Shown here: positions 49,703 to 61,866 of the stretch, in pieces
How positions within the stretch are numbered: the first letter of the stretch is position 1
Layout of the letters: every line of letters starts with the position of its first letter
Source: Octopus sinensis
Lineage: Eukaryota
Length of the DNA stretch: 64,000 bases
Assembly: GCF_006345805.1 (NCBI RefSeq)
Contig: NC_042998.1
Span: forward strand, 38,750,001-38,814,000
Direction of reading: 5' to 3'
Translations under genes and position numbers: made by a program
The notes under the pieces: generated by a model
The model's database searches: none
Told to the model about the DNA's origin: nothing
What the model saw: the letters and a program-made list of their open reading frames with translations, nothing else

Positions 49703-51318
49703 TCAATCTAAAGAATTTACACCAATTGAACTGAAACCAATAGATACTGTACTTCCATGTGGTTGTTTTGCCCAGATTGTCTGGGGCTAAACATTTAAGT
49801 TCAGAGGCTTTCCCGCCAAGAACGTCCCTTCTTTTTGAATATCCATGACTACATCACTGGATATGGTTTTCGTCCCTATAATATAGAATGTGATCGGAGA
49901 AAACCCTACTGCTATTTCTAGACGTTTGTACAGTCACGTAGTGGATCTCCCATTTGCTCGTTCCGTAAGTCAGTATTTTACATATGTAAATGTATTTAAA
50001 AAACTCTCTAGTTCTGTTTAAATTACATCAATAAAATGTATGTATGTATTGCCATACATGTACCTGTATGGGATCCATCACATACACAGCCAGATAGCCG
50101 AAACATCTCCAAAGACTTTGTGCGTATATAGACGGAGAGATCCATTTTTCTCTACGCGCAGAACAGTCAATCAATTCAAAGAAAAACAAGATTTTATTGC
50201 AGTCAGTCGATCCTACTCTACACTACAAAGTCACATTTTCCTCGGGTTAAATATTACTCAAGCCGTATAGCTGCTTTGACGAACACGCGGGTTGGCATCA
50301 ATGGTTGGCAACAAGCCGGGAGTATCAGCGGGAGAGCGTCAGTTGCTAGCTTCTGCTCAGTGCACATTGCTACTCGAATGCGCCGTGCGATTCTCTTGGA
50401 TTTCGAATGGGAAAATAGTTTCGGTTCACGAACACTTCGGGTGATGAATGGACTTCACGAACAAATTAAATTCATAACTCGTGGTTTCATTGTATTAGAT
50501 ACTTAGGTATGTTTTGATCAGAAATGGCCCAGGCCACGACTGACGTAATAGCATCACCTTGAAAAGATATTTAATGATGTCTCAGCTCAACAATTTATTT
50601 GGTTTGTTCCTGATTTTAAAGTTCAAATTTTACCTTTTTGTTCTATCACTGGGTGTACATTGAGATAAAGGAGTGAGTCTTCAGAGTGGCATAAGATTAA
50701 CCATTGGTTTGGCAGTCAGTTTGCTTTCAGCATGGCTATACTAAACACATTTTCTAGACATTAGGCTTTCAAATGGCACACTTCACTTAACGCTATTAGG
50801 CAGAACCAAACCGATGGCGTGCGGCAAAAGTTTGTCATCTCTCGAGTGTTAGCTTTACATCATTTTACATCCCAATGCATGTGCTCCATGAAGAGTGATA
50901 TAATCTCATTATTTTAATCTAAATCCTTATGCAGAGCTGCTTATGGCTCTATAAATCTCAAGCATCGATGTATATTTATGTTTCCTGTCCGGGCCTTCAA
51001 TGGCTACAGAACATTTGACTGTACCCGTACACCGATGGGCGTGGGGTGTCGGGATAGCGAAAGGGTTGTTCTGAATGTGTGCTTATGCCTCAATACATTG
51101 ACAAAATTAGTGTTTGTTACCGTATAATTCTCTTTATTTTGAGCGGGACAAATGGCATGTAAATGTGCGGTCAAGTTTTTGTCAGATTATATCAAGTTAT
51201 AATCTAATTATACACACAAATATAAGCACTCATGCATGTGTGTGTGTGTGGTAGTGTATTTGTTTGTGTATATGCATTTTCCGCAAACATTTTTGAGTAG
51301 GAACTTCGCCGTATTAAT

Positions 51319-51440
51319 AACTAGAAGACCACTCGGAGAGTGCAGACCTCCGCCAAGCAGCTCATTTCCACCCATATACACGCATGCTGAAAATCGCCTA
51401 ATTTTCCAAACCAACGCCGGCAAAAACATAACCTCTTCCC
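51319..51440 (+). mobile_element. Short Helentron-associated (HINE-like) element
   Basis: AACTAGAAGACCACTCGGAGAGTGCAGACCTCCGCCAAG start and AAAACATAACCTC end; shares both blocks with 52300-52640. Confidence 0.55.
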
Positions 51441-51899
51441 ATACTTATCTCGACCATCGTCATCATCAACACTGTCTCTGCTTTCACCACAATCACCGTC
51501 AACACTACGATCACCAAAATCAGTTTCTTTACACAGTTAAAAATCAATTATCCGGTACTCATGGGACCGAGATTGTTGCAGATTTTTTATTTTTCTAATT
51601 TCGGAGTGCTTTATTTAAAAAAAAAACCCTGCATCTACAAGACGGAACAGTTTGAGGATAGAAATCAGGTCTAAACACAATAGCTTATAGACATACTCTG
51701 AATGTAGTTCTATATAAATCGTTAATAATTTTTTTTATACATAAGACCATCAGAAATGTTAAGATATCAGCCTCTACCCACGTTGTCATGCTTTGATTAA
51801 AAGGTTACAGCATAGATTAGATTACTTAGATAAGTTTCGGCCGAAGTTGACTCAGGCCATGTCTAATTTAATAGCACCACCTGGAAGAGATACACAGTC

Positions 51900-52300
51900 A
51901 GCTCTGGGGAGCCGTAGCCCATTCAAGCAGAGGGTTATTGTTTTCAGAGATATATCTGGGTGTGGTTGGTTTATCTGGTATTTGTTGGGGTTAATCATCT
52001 AGGGATCGTTTGAATGCCGTGGGGTCACTTTCCTCCTTTATGTGTGTCTGGCACGATGTTGAAGAGAGCAGGGCCAATTGAGGTGAAATAGTTCTGTCAT
52101 AGTGTTGTGATACGACACGAACATTTCTGTAGTGGACGGATGGCATGGGGGCCAAGCCTCGGACGAATTTTATAGATGGGCAATGCTGATGGAATATTTT
52201 CCACATCATACAGTTTAATATAGAGCTCACAGCGGCAGTGGAGGGAGCAATGCTTGAGATTTTTGAGTCGATCCCAATAGTCAGGGCTTGTCATGTCATC
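51900..52300 (-). mobile_element. CR1-type LINE 3' fragment
   Basis: DYWDRLKNLKHCSL, MWKIFHQHCP, GP.LFN, AFKRSLDD, IPDKPT motifs across frameshifts. Confidence 0.8.
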
Positions 52301-52640
52301 CTCCGCCAAGCAGCTCATTTTAAGATAGATACGTGAGTAAAATTCCTAATAGAGAAACGAAAATAAACTTTGGAAGCAGCAATGTGGAAATGATGAATGT
52401 GTTTTCAAGGGAGATAATCAAAGAACGTAACATTGTAAAGTAAATATAACAAAGGAAAAATCCTTCAAGAATCCATACAAATTCCCGGATCACTACCAAA
52501 ATTTCATCATCTGTTCCTTGTGTCATTATCAACTTTTCCTGCAAGTTTCATCAAATACCGTTCGCAACTTTTAGAGTCATTTTGCACACAGACGGACAGA
52601 CGGACAAACCAACGCCGATGAAAACATAACCTCCTTCCTA
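52300..52640 (+). mobile_element. HINE-like non-autonomous element
   Basis: CCTCCGCCAAGCAGCTCATTT..CCGGATCACTACCAAAATTT..AAGTTTCATCAAA..CAGACGGACAGACGGACAAACCAACGCCGATGAAAACATAACCTCC. Confidence 0.6.
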
Positions 52641-53247
52641 TATAAGTACGAAACAGGTAAGTCTTCAACGTCAAGCATTAAAAAATCGTGATGACGTCAT
52701 TTAATACATGAAAATTCCAAGCGAATTTACTGCAAATTTTCCCCGCAGCAAAAATTGTTACGGTGAATATTCTAGACATGATTTTACCCCTTACCACAAG
52801 ACTCCTCCTAATTTGCCGCCTACGAAATTTACATCAATTACAATAACAACAACAACAGCAATAATAATAACAATTATAATAATAATAATGAACTCGCTTT
52901 TCTCTATTTTGGAATGCATTCGTGTATTTAATGCTTACGACACATATTTTATTCCTTACTATCTGGAGACGTCACTGTTTGTTCCAATATAGTTCATCGC
53001 TTAGTAATGAAACAGATTTTGTTCACGACAGTTTGTCACATCAATATGTCTAGTATACACTTGGGAAGACCAGAGCTGAAATGAGGATTCGCTACATTTA
53101 AGTAAGTTGTATGCTCTATGTTGATAGTGCGAAGGCCTTCCGAGAGATCATCCGTCTCATGTGTCCGAATGACATCATCCGGACTCGTAAAATGTACGAG
53201 ACTCCACAGAACCTCTCACTGTCAATACATGTACACACACACACACA

Positions 53248-53297
<50 letters not shown>

Positions 53298-54394
53298 CTA
53301 TGTATGGTATATGCTATACATACACATACATAAATATCACACATGATACGCTTGTGTCTGTATATTTGTATGTCTGAATTAATTTATAGTTACGAGCAGA
53401 AAATAGTTTGTATAAGAAAACCTAAGATAATCTAAAGAACTTAAGCTACAGTTTTAATTCTTCCGCTGTGGAACTTTAAACAGGTGTGAATATATCTTAT
53501 TATATTCTTTGCACACAGTAAATTTGTGTGTATGTGTGTGTACACGTATATATGAGTATACAGGTGTATATGTATGTATGTTATATAAATGTAACCAAAC
53601 TTTCAATCATGCTACTCGGCTAGCCTTCCGGCAGCTACCTGCCACACTCAACAGCTCTCTAAGTATATAAATAAATTAATCCCATCTAACGTTGCCCACA
53701 TGCGAACCGCATCTTTCTAAGAAGTCATTTTTCAGAACCGACAACTCGTCGTGGCAGGCTTTCATTCATTCCTCTTTTTCCTTCCTTTAATTTCTATCTG
53801 TGTAGTTTAAAACATTTGAGACTTCCATTGGCTTTCATATATCTTATCCAAACAATAAAATTTACACGCTCATAAATCTTTCACATTCATAATTTCATTG
53901 ATAATAAATCTACATTCATATTTTCATCAGTTGCCTATTAATTACTCTATTTTTTCACGTTTCATTTGTATCTCTTCTTTACATGGAAAAATGCGAGCAA
54001 AAGAAATAATATTCTTAAGATTATAAACCTGACAATGTACAGGACAAGTTATAACACTTGGGAAAGTTCAGGACAACATATTACATCTGGTAAAGAACAG
54101 AACAAGAAATTTTTTACTTAAAATATTGCAGCTAAGGATGAAACTTGAATATTAAAAACTATTTGATTTTAATTTACAAAGTAACACTATAATTAAAAAA
54201 AGGTACCATCATTTTGTTAAAATATTGACACATTAGAATCCTTAAAAAATGATAGCCAGAAGCACCCATATAGCTAAAGTTTTATGCAAAGCGGTATAGT
54301 ATATATGCTAGGCAAATTCATTATGTAAAAGGGGGCAACAACAACAACAATATGTATATATATATACATACATATACATACACACATATACACA

Positions 54395-54441
<47 letters not shown>

Positions 54442-54734
54442 TGTATGTGTATATATACGTAAATATCGAACGATGAAATGAGGGCTCAACACCGCATTGC
54501 TGGATATATAATTTCTTTATTTCTGAATTAAGGCTACCATCGGTTAAGAAAAGTAGGAATATATCCTAGTGTCTTAACAAATTTTTAAGCCGATCACATG
54601 GAGAAAGGTGTTCGCCTCCAAAATATATATATAGATAGATAGATAGATAGATAAACTTACTTGGAAATGCATGTGTGGCATTCAATTATATAATAATATA
54701 AATAAAATATATACATACATATATGCATATATAT

Positions 54735-55070
54735 GTATATGGGTACAGGACGTCACAAAGCGAATGTAAACAACATGAAATACGAAGACAAACTTGGGTG
54801 TGCGAACAACGAGAGAAACAAATGGAAAACAAGACAAGTAACATAAAGAACGACCCTTCATCACATTTCGGCTGTCCATCTACTCCTCATTTCGAGCAAT
54901 TTAAGACAATTACTCAAAATGAGGAGTAGATGGACAGCCGACATGTGATGAAGGGTCGTTCTTTATGTTACTTGTCTTGTTTCCCATTTGTTTCCCTCGT
55001 TGTTCGCATACCCAATTTTGCCTTTCGTATTTCATATTGTTTGTTTTGTGATGTCCTGTACCCATATATA
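54735..55070. repeat. ~335-bp palindrome
   Basis: ATGGGTACAGGAC..CTCCTCATTT pairs with AAATGAGGAG..GTCCTGTACCCAT; loop 54893-54916. A related single arm lies at about 40800-40980. Confidence 0.9.
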
Positions 55071-56309
55071 TATATACATATTAAATGAGAGAGAGAGAAA
55101 GTGATGTACAGATATTGTATATTTGGAATAATAAAGTAATCAGAATGTTGGATGATTATATATATATTTTATTAAAATTTTTTCATCGCTTTCTTCCGTT
55201 ATCGGATGTTTCAAAATGTGCTTTAAAGTTAGGTTTCTTGCTCCTTTTATATATAAAGAATTTTGTGGGGTTAGCCAAGCAAGGGAGTAGAAAGAAGCAA
55301 ATTTTTTTTCAGAAGGAGGGGAGGTATAGAGGTGTGGCTTTTGTATTCGTATGGTCAGTTTAATACTTAGTGGCCTTTTAAGGAAAAAAAAATTTTTGTA
55401 TTTGAATTGGTCAAGGTCTTAATTTTAAAAAACAGATGTTGTTGGGGTAATTCTAATGCAGCTTCTTCATCTTGAATAACCTGTGTGTAAAAATTCTTTA
55501 GCTCTCATCAAAAGAGCTCATTAGAGCTCTGTTGGTTTATATACCAAACCAACCGGAAGTCGAGTAAATAGATGAATTTTAAATGTAGATCAAAAAGTCG
55601 GTGTAGATCACCTGCTATACCAGAAGCATGTATGTAGATCACATACTACACCGGCACCGATTTCTCAATAGTATGTATGTATGTATGTATGTATGTATGT
55701 ATGTATGTATGTATGTATGGGTCAATTGTTATATTACACCATTACGCTTCGTCCGACTTGACCATTGCCTCGCGTTTGCAATGTTAGTATGATCTTAGCT
55801 TAATACCAAAGCCCAACAACAAGACGCTTCTGCAATGCTCTGTTGTGTGCATAAATCATTCTCTGTCGATAATAATCAGCAGGCATCCTTCAACACCGTT
55901 TTACAGTAAAATGAATAAGTACATATTGAGAAATACTTCAATGCACAAAACGACATCACTAAATAAAACACGATTTCAAAGTTTCCACTCACGCACTACA
56001 TTTAATATATTCTCGCAAACTTAGAAATGCAAAAAACATACTACTCTCTTGTTATACATCAAACATACTCATATAAATAAATATGAGTGCGTGCTTGCGC
56101 TTCTATGCATGCACAAGGATACATGTGTATATATTAAGTATATGAATTTTGTTTATTGTCTCTGCCGAGAAAACGGTTTTGAATTCTATACGTTTCGTTC
56201 CCTCAATTTGAAGTTTAAATACGCTGCAGTTTGAGTATTCAATTTCTTATTTGTACTAGCAGTATACGGATGCAACTATATGTGTGTGTGTGTGACATAT
56301 AATAATATG

Positions 56310-56375
<66 letters not shown>

Positions 56376-56977
56376 CATAGTATGCACATACAGACACACA
56401 TATCCACATATATATGCATATAATAATAATATATATATTTTTTTTATACGGTGAGTGGGTAAATGCGTGTATGTGGAGGGTATGGTGTGTGTGTGCGCAT
56501 TTAAGTGCGTGCGTGTATGCATAGAAATGGTCATATGAATGCCTAAGAAATTTCGCTCATCCATTCCTATACATTGGGTTTTATATGTATTCTCATTAGA
56601 CAAACACCAGAAGTAGAACATTGTATACATCCTCGATAAACGTATTTTCTCATATTATCCACAGATGTCAGTTTTTCAAATCGACATGAACGGAATCAAT
56701 GCCGGTTTGTTTACTTTAGTATTTTACAATTCTGTATGCACTAGAATCGGCTTTTTTTTCTTTCTATAGGAACTGAACGGTTGTCTTACAAGATTGTATT
56801 GTCTAACTCTGATCTATGTCAAAAAACTGAATAAGTAATGCCCTAGAGTGTCGAATGAGTTACAATTTGTCATATACATACATACATACATACTACATAC
56901 ATACATACATACATAGACACATATACATACATAGATAGATACATGCATCTATATGTATGTATGTATATACATGTGTT

Positions 56978-57008
<31 letters not shown>

Positions 57009-57057
57009 GCATGTATATATAGCGAGGGTACGGTCTGTTCATAGCACACACACATTA

Positions 57058-57109
<52 letters not shown>

Positions 57110-57179
57110 GCACACACACACACACATTATATATATATATATATATATATGTAATATCTGTATATATGTGTATGTGTGT

Positions 57180-57213
<34 letters not shown>

Positions 57214-57406
57214 ATATACACATATATGTGCATATGCATATGCACAAGAACAGTTTTATTTATATATTATTGCGAATAAGCAAATTTTGCAGGTAAGAAA
57301 ATCCGTTTGAGTATATTAAATCCTAAAAACGCATACGTGTACAAGTAGGTGGGCACCTACCCACAAAAACAGATATCAACGCATTTACTCATACTCGTGT
57401 GTGTGT

Positions 57407-57477
<71 letters not shown>

Positions 57478-58447
57478 ATTTGTACTAGCATGTGCGTGTA
57501 CCTATACATGTGTATATATACATATGAGCAGCTGAAACGCCTTGCTTAAACAACGGGTGTATTCAATACAAAGATAGCAAAACTGGTTGATGACTACCCT
57601 GCGTGCGCAAATAGTCAGTTCTCGTATATCATGTGGCAGAGTGAAATACTACGCCGCAAAATAGATTTTCCCTATGATTTTCATATTATGAAGCGATCAT
57701 GCGTTTCGACGGATTTCCGTCAAAAGACGTCAACGACAGCAAACAACAAACAACAAGATCAAGTTTAAGCATGAAAATAACAATTGCTAAACCTACGTAC
57801 AACGATACATACACACAGGGATATTTGAAGAGATATAAGTTAGGGAATTGTAATATCACAACAGGATCACAAAAGATGTCGTCTACTCTGACAGAACTAA
57901 AGTGGTGAAATTAGTTGCTGGGAAGAGGCGAAGAACCTATCCAAATTGCTTGATGTTTGTAGCGCCTTATTTCCTGCGAGCTCCTCTTATAATATTCATA
58001 TTCTGTTCACGATTAGAGAAGTGAAAAGAAGTTCCGACAATGTACTTGCAGGACTTCCCTTAGCAATATTCTTTACAGTGAATTTAAGTGGAGTTGGCGG
58101 AATTGCCATTCAGTCTAACAATGTCAGCTTCTCGTTAGATAAATGTCTTCTATGCAGCTCTAGCAACCATTCTTTACAACTTCAAACCTACATTTGCAAG
58201 TGACACAATACCTTTTTGGCATTTGGTGTAAACCTTCTGCTTGAAGAAAACTTGTAAAGCCAGTCATACACTCTAGTTATATATTTTCTCCGGGTACTAC
58301 CATCTATTTTCCGGGTTTCTCATCAATATTGTGGCTCATCTCACGACATCCATTATTTTGAGCTTCTTCCAGATATCTGAAACGGTAGACTTATCCTCTG
58401 CCTATCAGTTGCTTTCATAATATGCCTTGAAGTTGATTACCACACGT

Positions 58448-58637
58448 GCAGGCATGTCTGTCTAGTAAGAAGTTTGCTCCCCAACGGCATGGATCAAGGT
58501 TCAGACACTCAGCGTCGCACCTTGGGTGAATAACTTCAATTGTAGCCACGGGCCTAGCAAAGCTTTATGAGTGGATTTGGTTGGCGGAAACTCACAGAAT
58601 TCCGCCCTTTGTGTGTGTGTATGTATATATATATACA

Positions 58638-58691
<54 letters not shown>

Positions 58692-58705
58692 AGTGTGTGT
58701 GTGTA

Positions 58706-58750
<45 letters not shown>

Positions 58751-58816
58751 CGGGAAGCTTTATGAAAATAAACAAAAGACGAAGGCAGGTGGAATACAAA
58801 CAAACAATTGTATTAG

Positions 58817-58883
<67 letters not shown>

Positions 58884-59290
58884 TATATATATATAGTTAA
58901 TCCAAACATGAAAACACAAAGAGAAAACACAACAATGCGAGGACGTGGAACAAATATTTTATTATTGGACGCTCAGGAAGGAACGGAAGAAGGAGGGTTT
59001 TACGTTTCGAGCGGAGCTCTTCGTCAGAAACATAGGAAAAGGAAAGATCCAGAGAAGGGAAGACGGAGGGAAAAAAATCGCCAACGGTACACACGCGGTC
59101 ACATTTTGTATTGTGTGTGTGTGTGTCCCACCACCGATTGTTGATGTGCTTACCTATCCGTAACTTAGCGATTCCGCAAAAGAGAACAAGTACCAGGCCT
59201 TACAAAATTCTTTCGACTAATATTCTACTAGTGTTGTACACCAGCATGGCCAGGGTCTAATGACAAAAAACAAGTAAAAGATAAAGATAA
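58448..59290 (+). mobile_element. SINE family 1 interrupted by a hammerhead-bearing element
   Basis: Head at 58448-58610, 3' half at 59115-59290; the insertion sits in its central microsatellite. Confidence 0.75.
58997..59031 (-). ncRNA. Minimal type I hammerhead ribozyme motif (copy A)
   Basis: GUUU CUGACGA A GAGC-UCC-GCUC GAAA CG UA AAAC: intact core, 4-bp stem II, palindromic ACGU stem III, GUA cleavage triplet, 4-bp stem I. Confidence 0.75.
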
Positions 59291-59677
59291 AAAAATCAAG
59301 GCCAGACCTTCATCCATTGGCTGGAGCTAAGTTGTATTCTTAGGATGTATTCTCCTCTCATATTATCAGAAAACTCTTTGGAGTTCAGTGGGTGACTTGG
59401 TGCCTTTTCTAAGACGATTCATAATTTTTCGCACTGAACTTTCCTGTAACTTTTTATAAGACTGTATCTTTCTACTGCAGGACATGTCTGAAAAACCATT
59501 CTTCCAAGAGGAAGATGAAACTTTCCGTAAACCTTAAACGTACTTGGATTTGGGGAGTTACACACGAGTAGGAGCTCCGATGTCATATCACAAGAGGCAT
59601 TTCCACCCTCAAGAAGCATCCGACAATTTTTGGAAGCTTCACATCCTTATGTTGTCTTATACTTATTTCACTCATTA

Positions 59678-60013
59678 GACTGCGCCCATGCTGGTGCACC
59701 ACCTTGAAGAATTTTTAGTCGAAGGATTCGATCCCAGCACGTATTTTTTTCACCGGTTTCTTTTTCCGAACCTCTAAATTACGGGGACGCAGACGCACCA
59801 ACACCGGTTGTCAAGCAGTGGTGAGGGACAAACACAGACAGAAAGACACACACAAAAATATATACATATATATATATATGTGTGTTTGTGTGTGTCCACT
59901 TACAAGGCTCTGCTCGGCTCGAGGCTAAAGTGGACGAAACTTGCCTAAGGTACAGAACCCGAAACCATGTGGTTTGGGGCGCAGGCTTCTTATCATACAG
60001 CCACATCTGCGCC
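59678..60013 (-). mobile_element. SINE family 1
   Basis: Reverse complement of GGCGCAGATGTGGCTGT..ACATGGTTTCGGGTTC..CTTAGGCAAG..GCTTGACAACCGGTGTTGGTG..CCAGCATGGGCGCAGTC. Confidence 0.8.
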
Positions 60014-60130
60014 TAGATATATATATATATATATATATAGGGAGAGTTTATGAAAAAAAACAAAAGACGAAGACAGGTGGTGTACAAAACAAACGGATGT
60101 ATTAGTATAACGCTCAGGAATAGAAAAGGT

Positions 60131-60166
60131 ATTTTACGTTTCGAGCCTACGCTCCTCTACAGAAAG
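60131..60166 (-). ncRNA. Minimal hammerhead motif with mutated core (copy B1)
   Basis: CUUU CUGUAGA G GAGC-GUAG-GCUC GAAA CG UA AAAU; A6 is replaced by U. Confidence 0.55.
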
Positions 60167-60326
60167 GGATACAGAAAAAACAAGGAGAGATAGAAATATT
60201 GATAGAAATAGCAAGAAATATTGTTAGATATAGCAAGACAAAAAAAATAATGAAAGAGACCTCGATATTATGTAAATAGAGGAATTTATCTGTAAATAAA
60301 ATATGTGACAATTAATCGGCAGCCAT

Positions 60327-60387
60327 GATAAAACTCCGAGTTTCGGATGTCGGGGCGGGAACCCACGCCGGCATCTCTTCAGCTATC
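60327..60387 (-). ncRNA. Type I hammerhead motif with long stem II (copy B2, different family)
   Basis: GAUAG CUGAAGA GAUGCCGG..CCGACAUC C GAAA CUCGGAG UU UUAUC: 5-bp stem I, stem III ACUC-G-GAGU, GUU triplet; one extra C before GAAA. Confidence 0.6.
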
Positions 60388-61253
60388 GGGCCATCGAAAA
60401 AATGCTGTGAAAAAAATCTGTCTTTCACTGTTATTTTTTTTTCCATAGCATTTTTAAAGTTTTGGCAATGTGGCTGATGTTTTCCCCCGCATCAAACATT
60501 TTTAAAGCATCAAGTTTATAATCCAGCGCACACTCTGGATGGTTCATTTTTGCATTGCTACCTTCAGTTCCATTCATTGGCTTCTTTCCAAACATTTTCA
60601 AATAGAGGTAAACCAACAGCTGTAGGACGCTGATCAACTCTTAATCGCATAAAATAACCAGGATATAACTGATTTGTAGGAGCAAAAATTCTTGTCTCAT
60701 TCCTATGAATGTAAGAATGGAAATGAGAAGATGAAAGGGTAAATGATTGAGACGGGTATACTTGCAATTAGCTAAACGTCATGGGTGTTTTATCTTTGCA
60801 TCACTGACTCCAGCCATAAAAAAACTCACTCTGTTTAGACGCACGTACTCACACACATGCACACACGTGTTTTTATGTATACACGCATGCCTGGGTCTGT
60901 ATCTACATATACGTACACATATACGCATGTGTGCTTGTGTGTACTTCTGCGAGTATGTGTATGTGTGTTTGTGTGTGTAGAGTTAGAAATAGAGGCATAT
61001 ACAGATATATTAAGAACCATACATAATGAACTTTTGATTTATTAATTTTTGCCCTTCTAGAGGATATGACACAGTCACAGCTGGTAATTGAGAACAGCTC
61101 CGTCTCAGAAAGGGAGACCATCGCAAGAAATAATTCCCCAAAGCTGGAACTTTATGAAGGCAAAGAACAGGTTTATGGTCAGGAGATAGACCGAAGTTGC
61201 AGACAGGGGTTTTTTAACTTCAAGTAGCGCCATCAGCGAGACAACTGACTTAC

Positions 61254-61268
61254 CTTCTCTTCAGTGGC
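61254..61268 (-). CDS. 15-nt microexon GCCACTGAAGAGAAG (ATEEK in phase 0, or PLKR in phase 2)
   Basis: Acceptor TTCTATTCATTTATGTTCTACTCTCTCAG and consensus donor AAG|GTAAGT; length is a multiple of 3. Confidence 0.55.
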
Positions 61269-61511
61269 CTGAGAGAGTAGAACATAAATGAATAGAACGG
61301 TTTCGGTTATTTGCATAATTTGAAAAAAGTGAGCTAAAAGGAATAAGGTGGGGAAGCTAGTGGAATGAAATGGAACAATGTAGAGAGAAACAGGGACAAC
61401 AGAAACTATTGATCTATTTAAATTTTCTCCGCCTCTAGGGGATGTCTCACAATTTTCCAAATGACAAATGAGATTGTCCTTTTATCTCCTGACAATAAGC
61501 TTGTCACTCAC

Positions 61512-61613
61512 CGTAAATGGCGTGTCAACTCTGGAACATTTTTCATTTAGAGTTTACCTCTTCTTTCCATTGACAGCCGGTCTCGTTTATCTTCTGTAAT
61601 TTTGACTCATCCT
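61512..61613 (-). other. Candidate exon upstream of the microexon (102 nt; UTR/start-containing)
   Basis: Acceptor GGTCTCTTACTCTAG, donor ACG|GTGAGT. All through-frames contain stops, but an ATG at 61546 gives MKNVPELTRHL(R), ending in phase 2. An alternative donor GAG|GTAAAC would give DESKLQKINETGCQWKEE. Confidence 0.3.
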
Positions 61614-61831
61614 CTAGAGTAAGAGACCATTTTTATTTATTATGTTGTATGATTTGAACACCCAATATTTGTCTATGCTGTTCACACCAGTGGCGACTCT
61701 AAATTATTACTCATAGCTCATTTTTGATATGTGTATGTGTTTGTGTTTGGATATATAAAGTTAAAAACAGCAACGCGATGGTACATGCAAAGTATTAATA
61801 TGACGCTCGGAGAAATAAATAAAGAGTGGTT

Positions 61832-61866
61832 GTTTTACGTTTCGAGCAAAGCTCCTCTTCAGAAAC
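61832..61866 (-). ncRNA. Minimal type I hammerhead ribozyme motif (copy C)
   Basis: GUUU CUGAAGA G GAGC-UUU-GCUC GAAA CG UA AAAC; intact core. Lies in a ~190-bp repeat (61755-61945) sharing GACGCTC and AAAATCGCCAAC flanks with copy A. Confidence 0.75.

Larger units (their letters stand above)
57950..60620 (-). mobile_element. Fragmented Tigger/pogo transposase (segments ~60410-60620, 59300-59660, 57950-58445)
   Basis: N-terminal HTH-like LDYKLDALKMFDAGENISHIAKTL; core LLEGGNASCD..LLLVCNSPNP, NTT.LQPMDEG; then VINFKAYY and STVSDIWKKLKIMDVV. DEG and VINFKAYY are split exactly by the SINE at 58448-59290. Confidence 0.8.
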
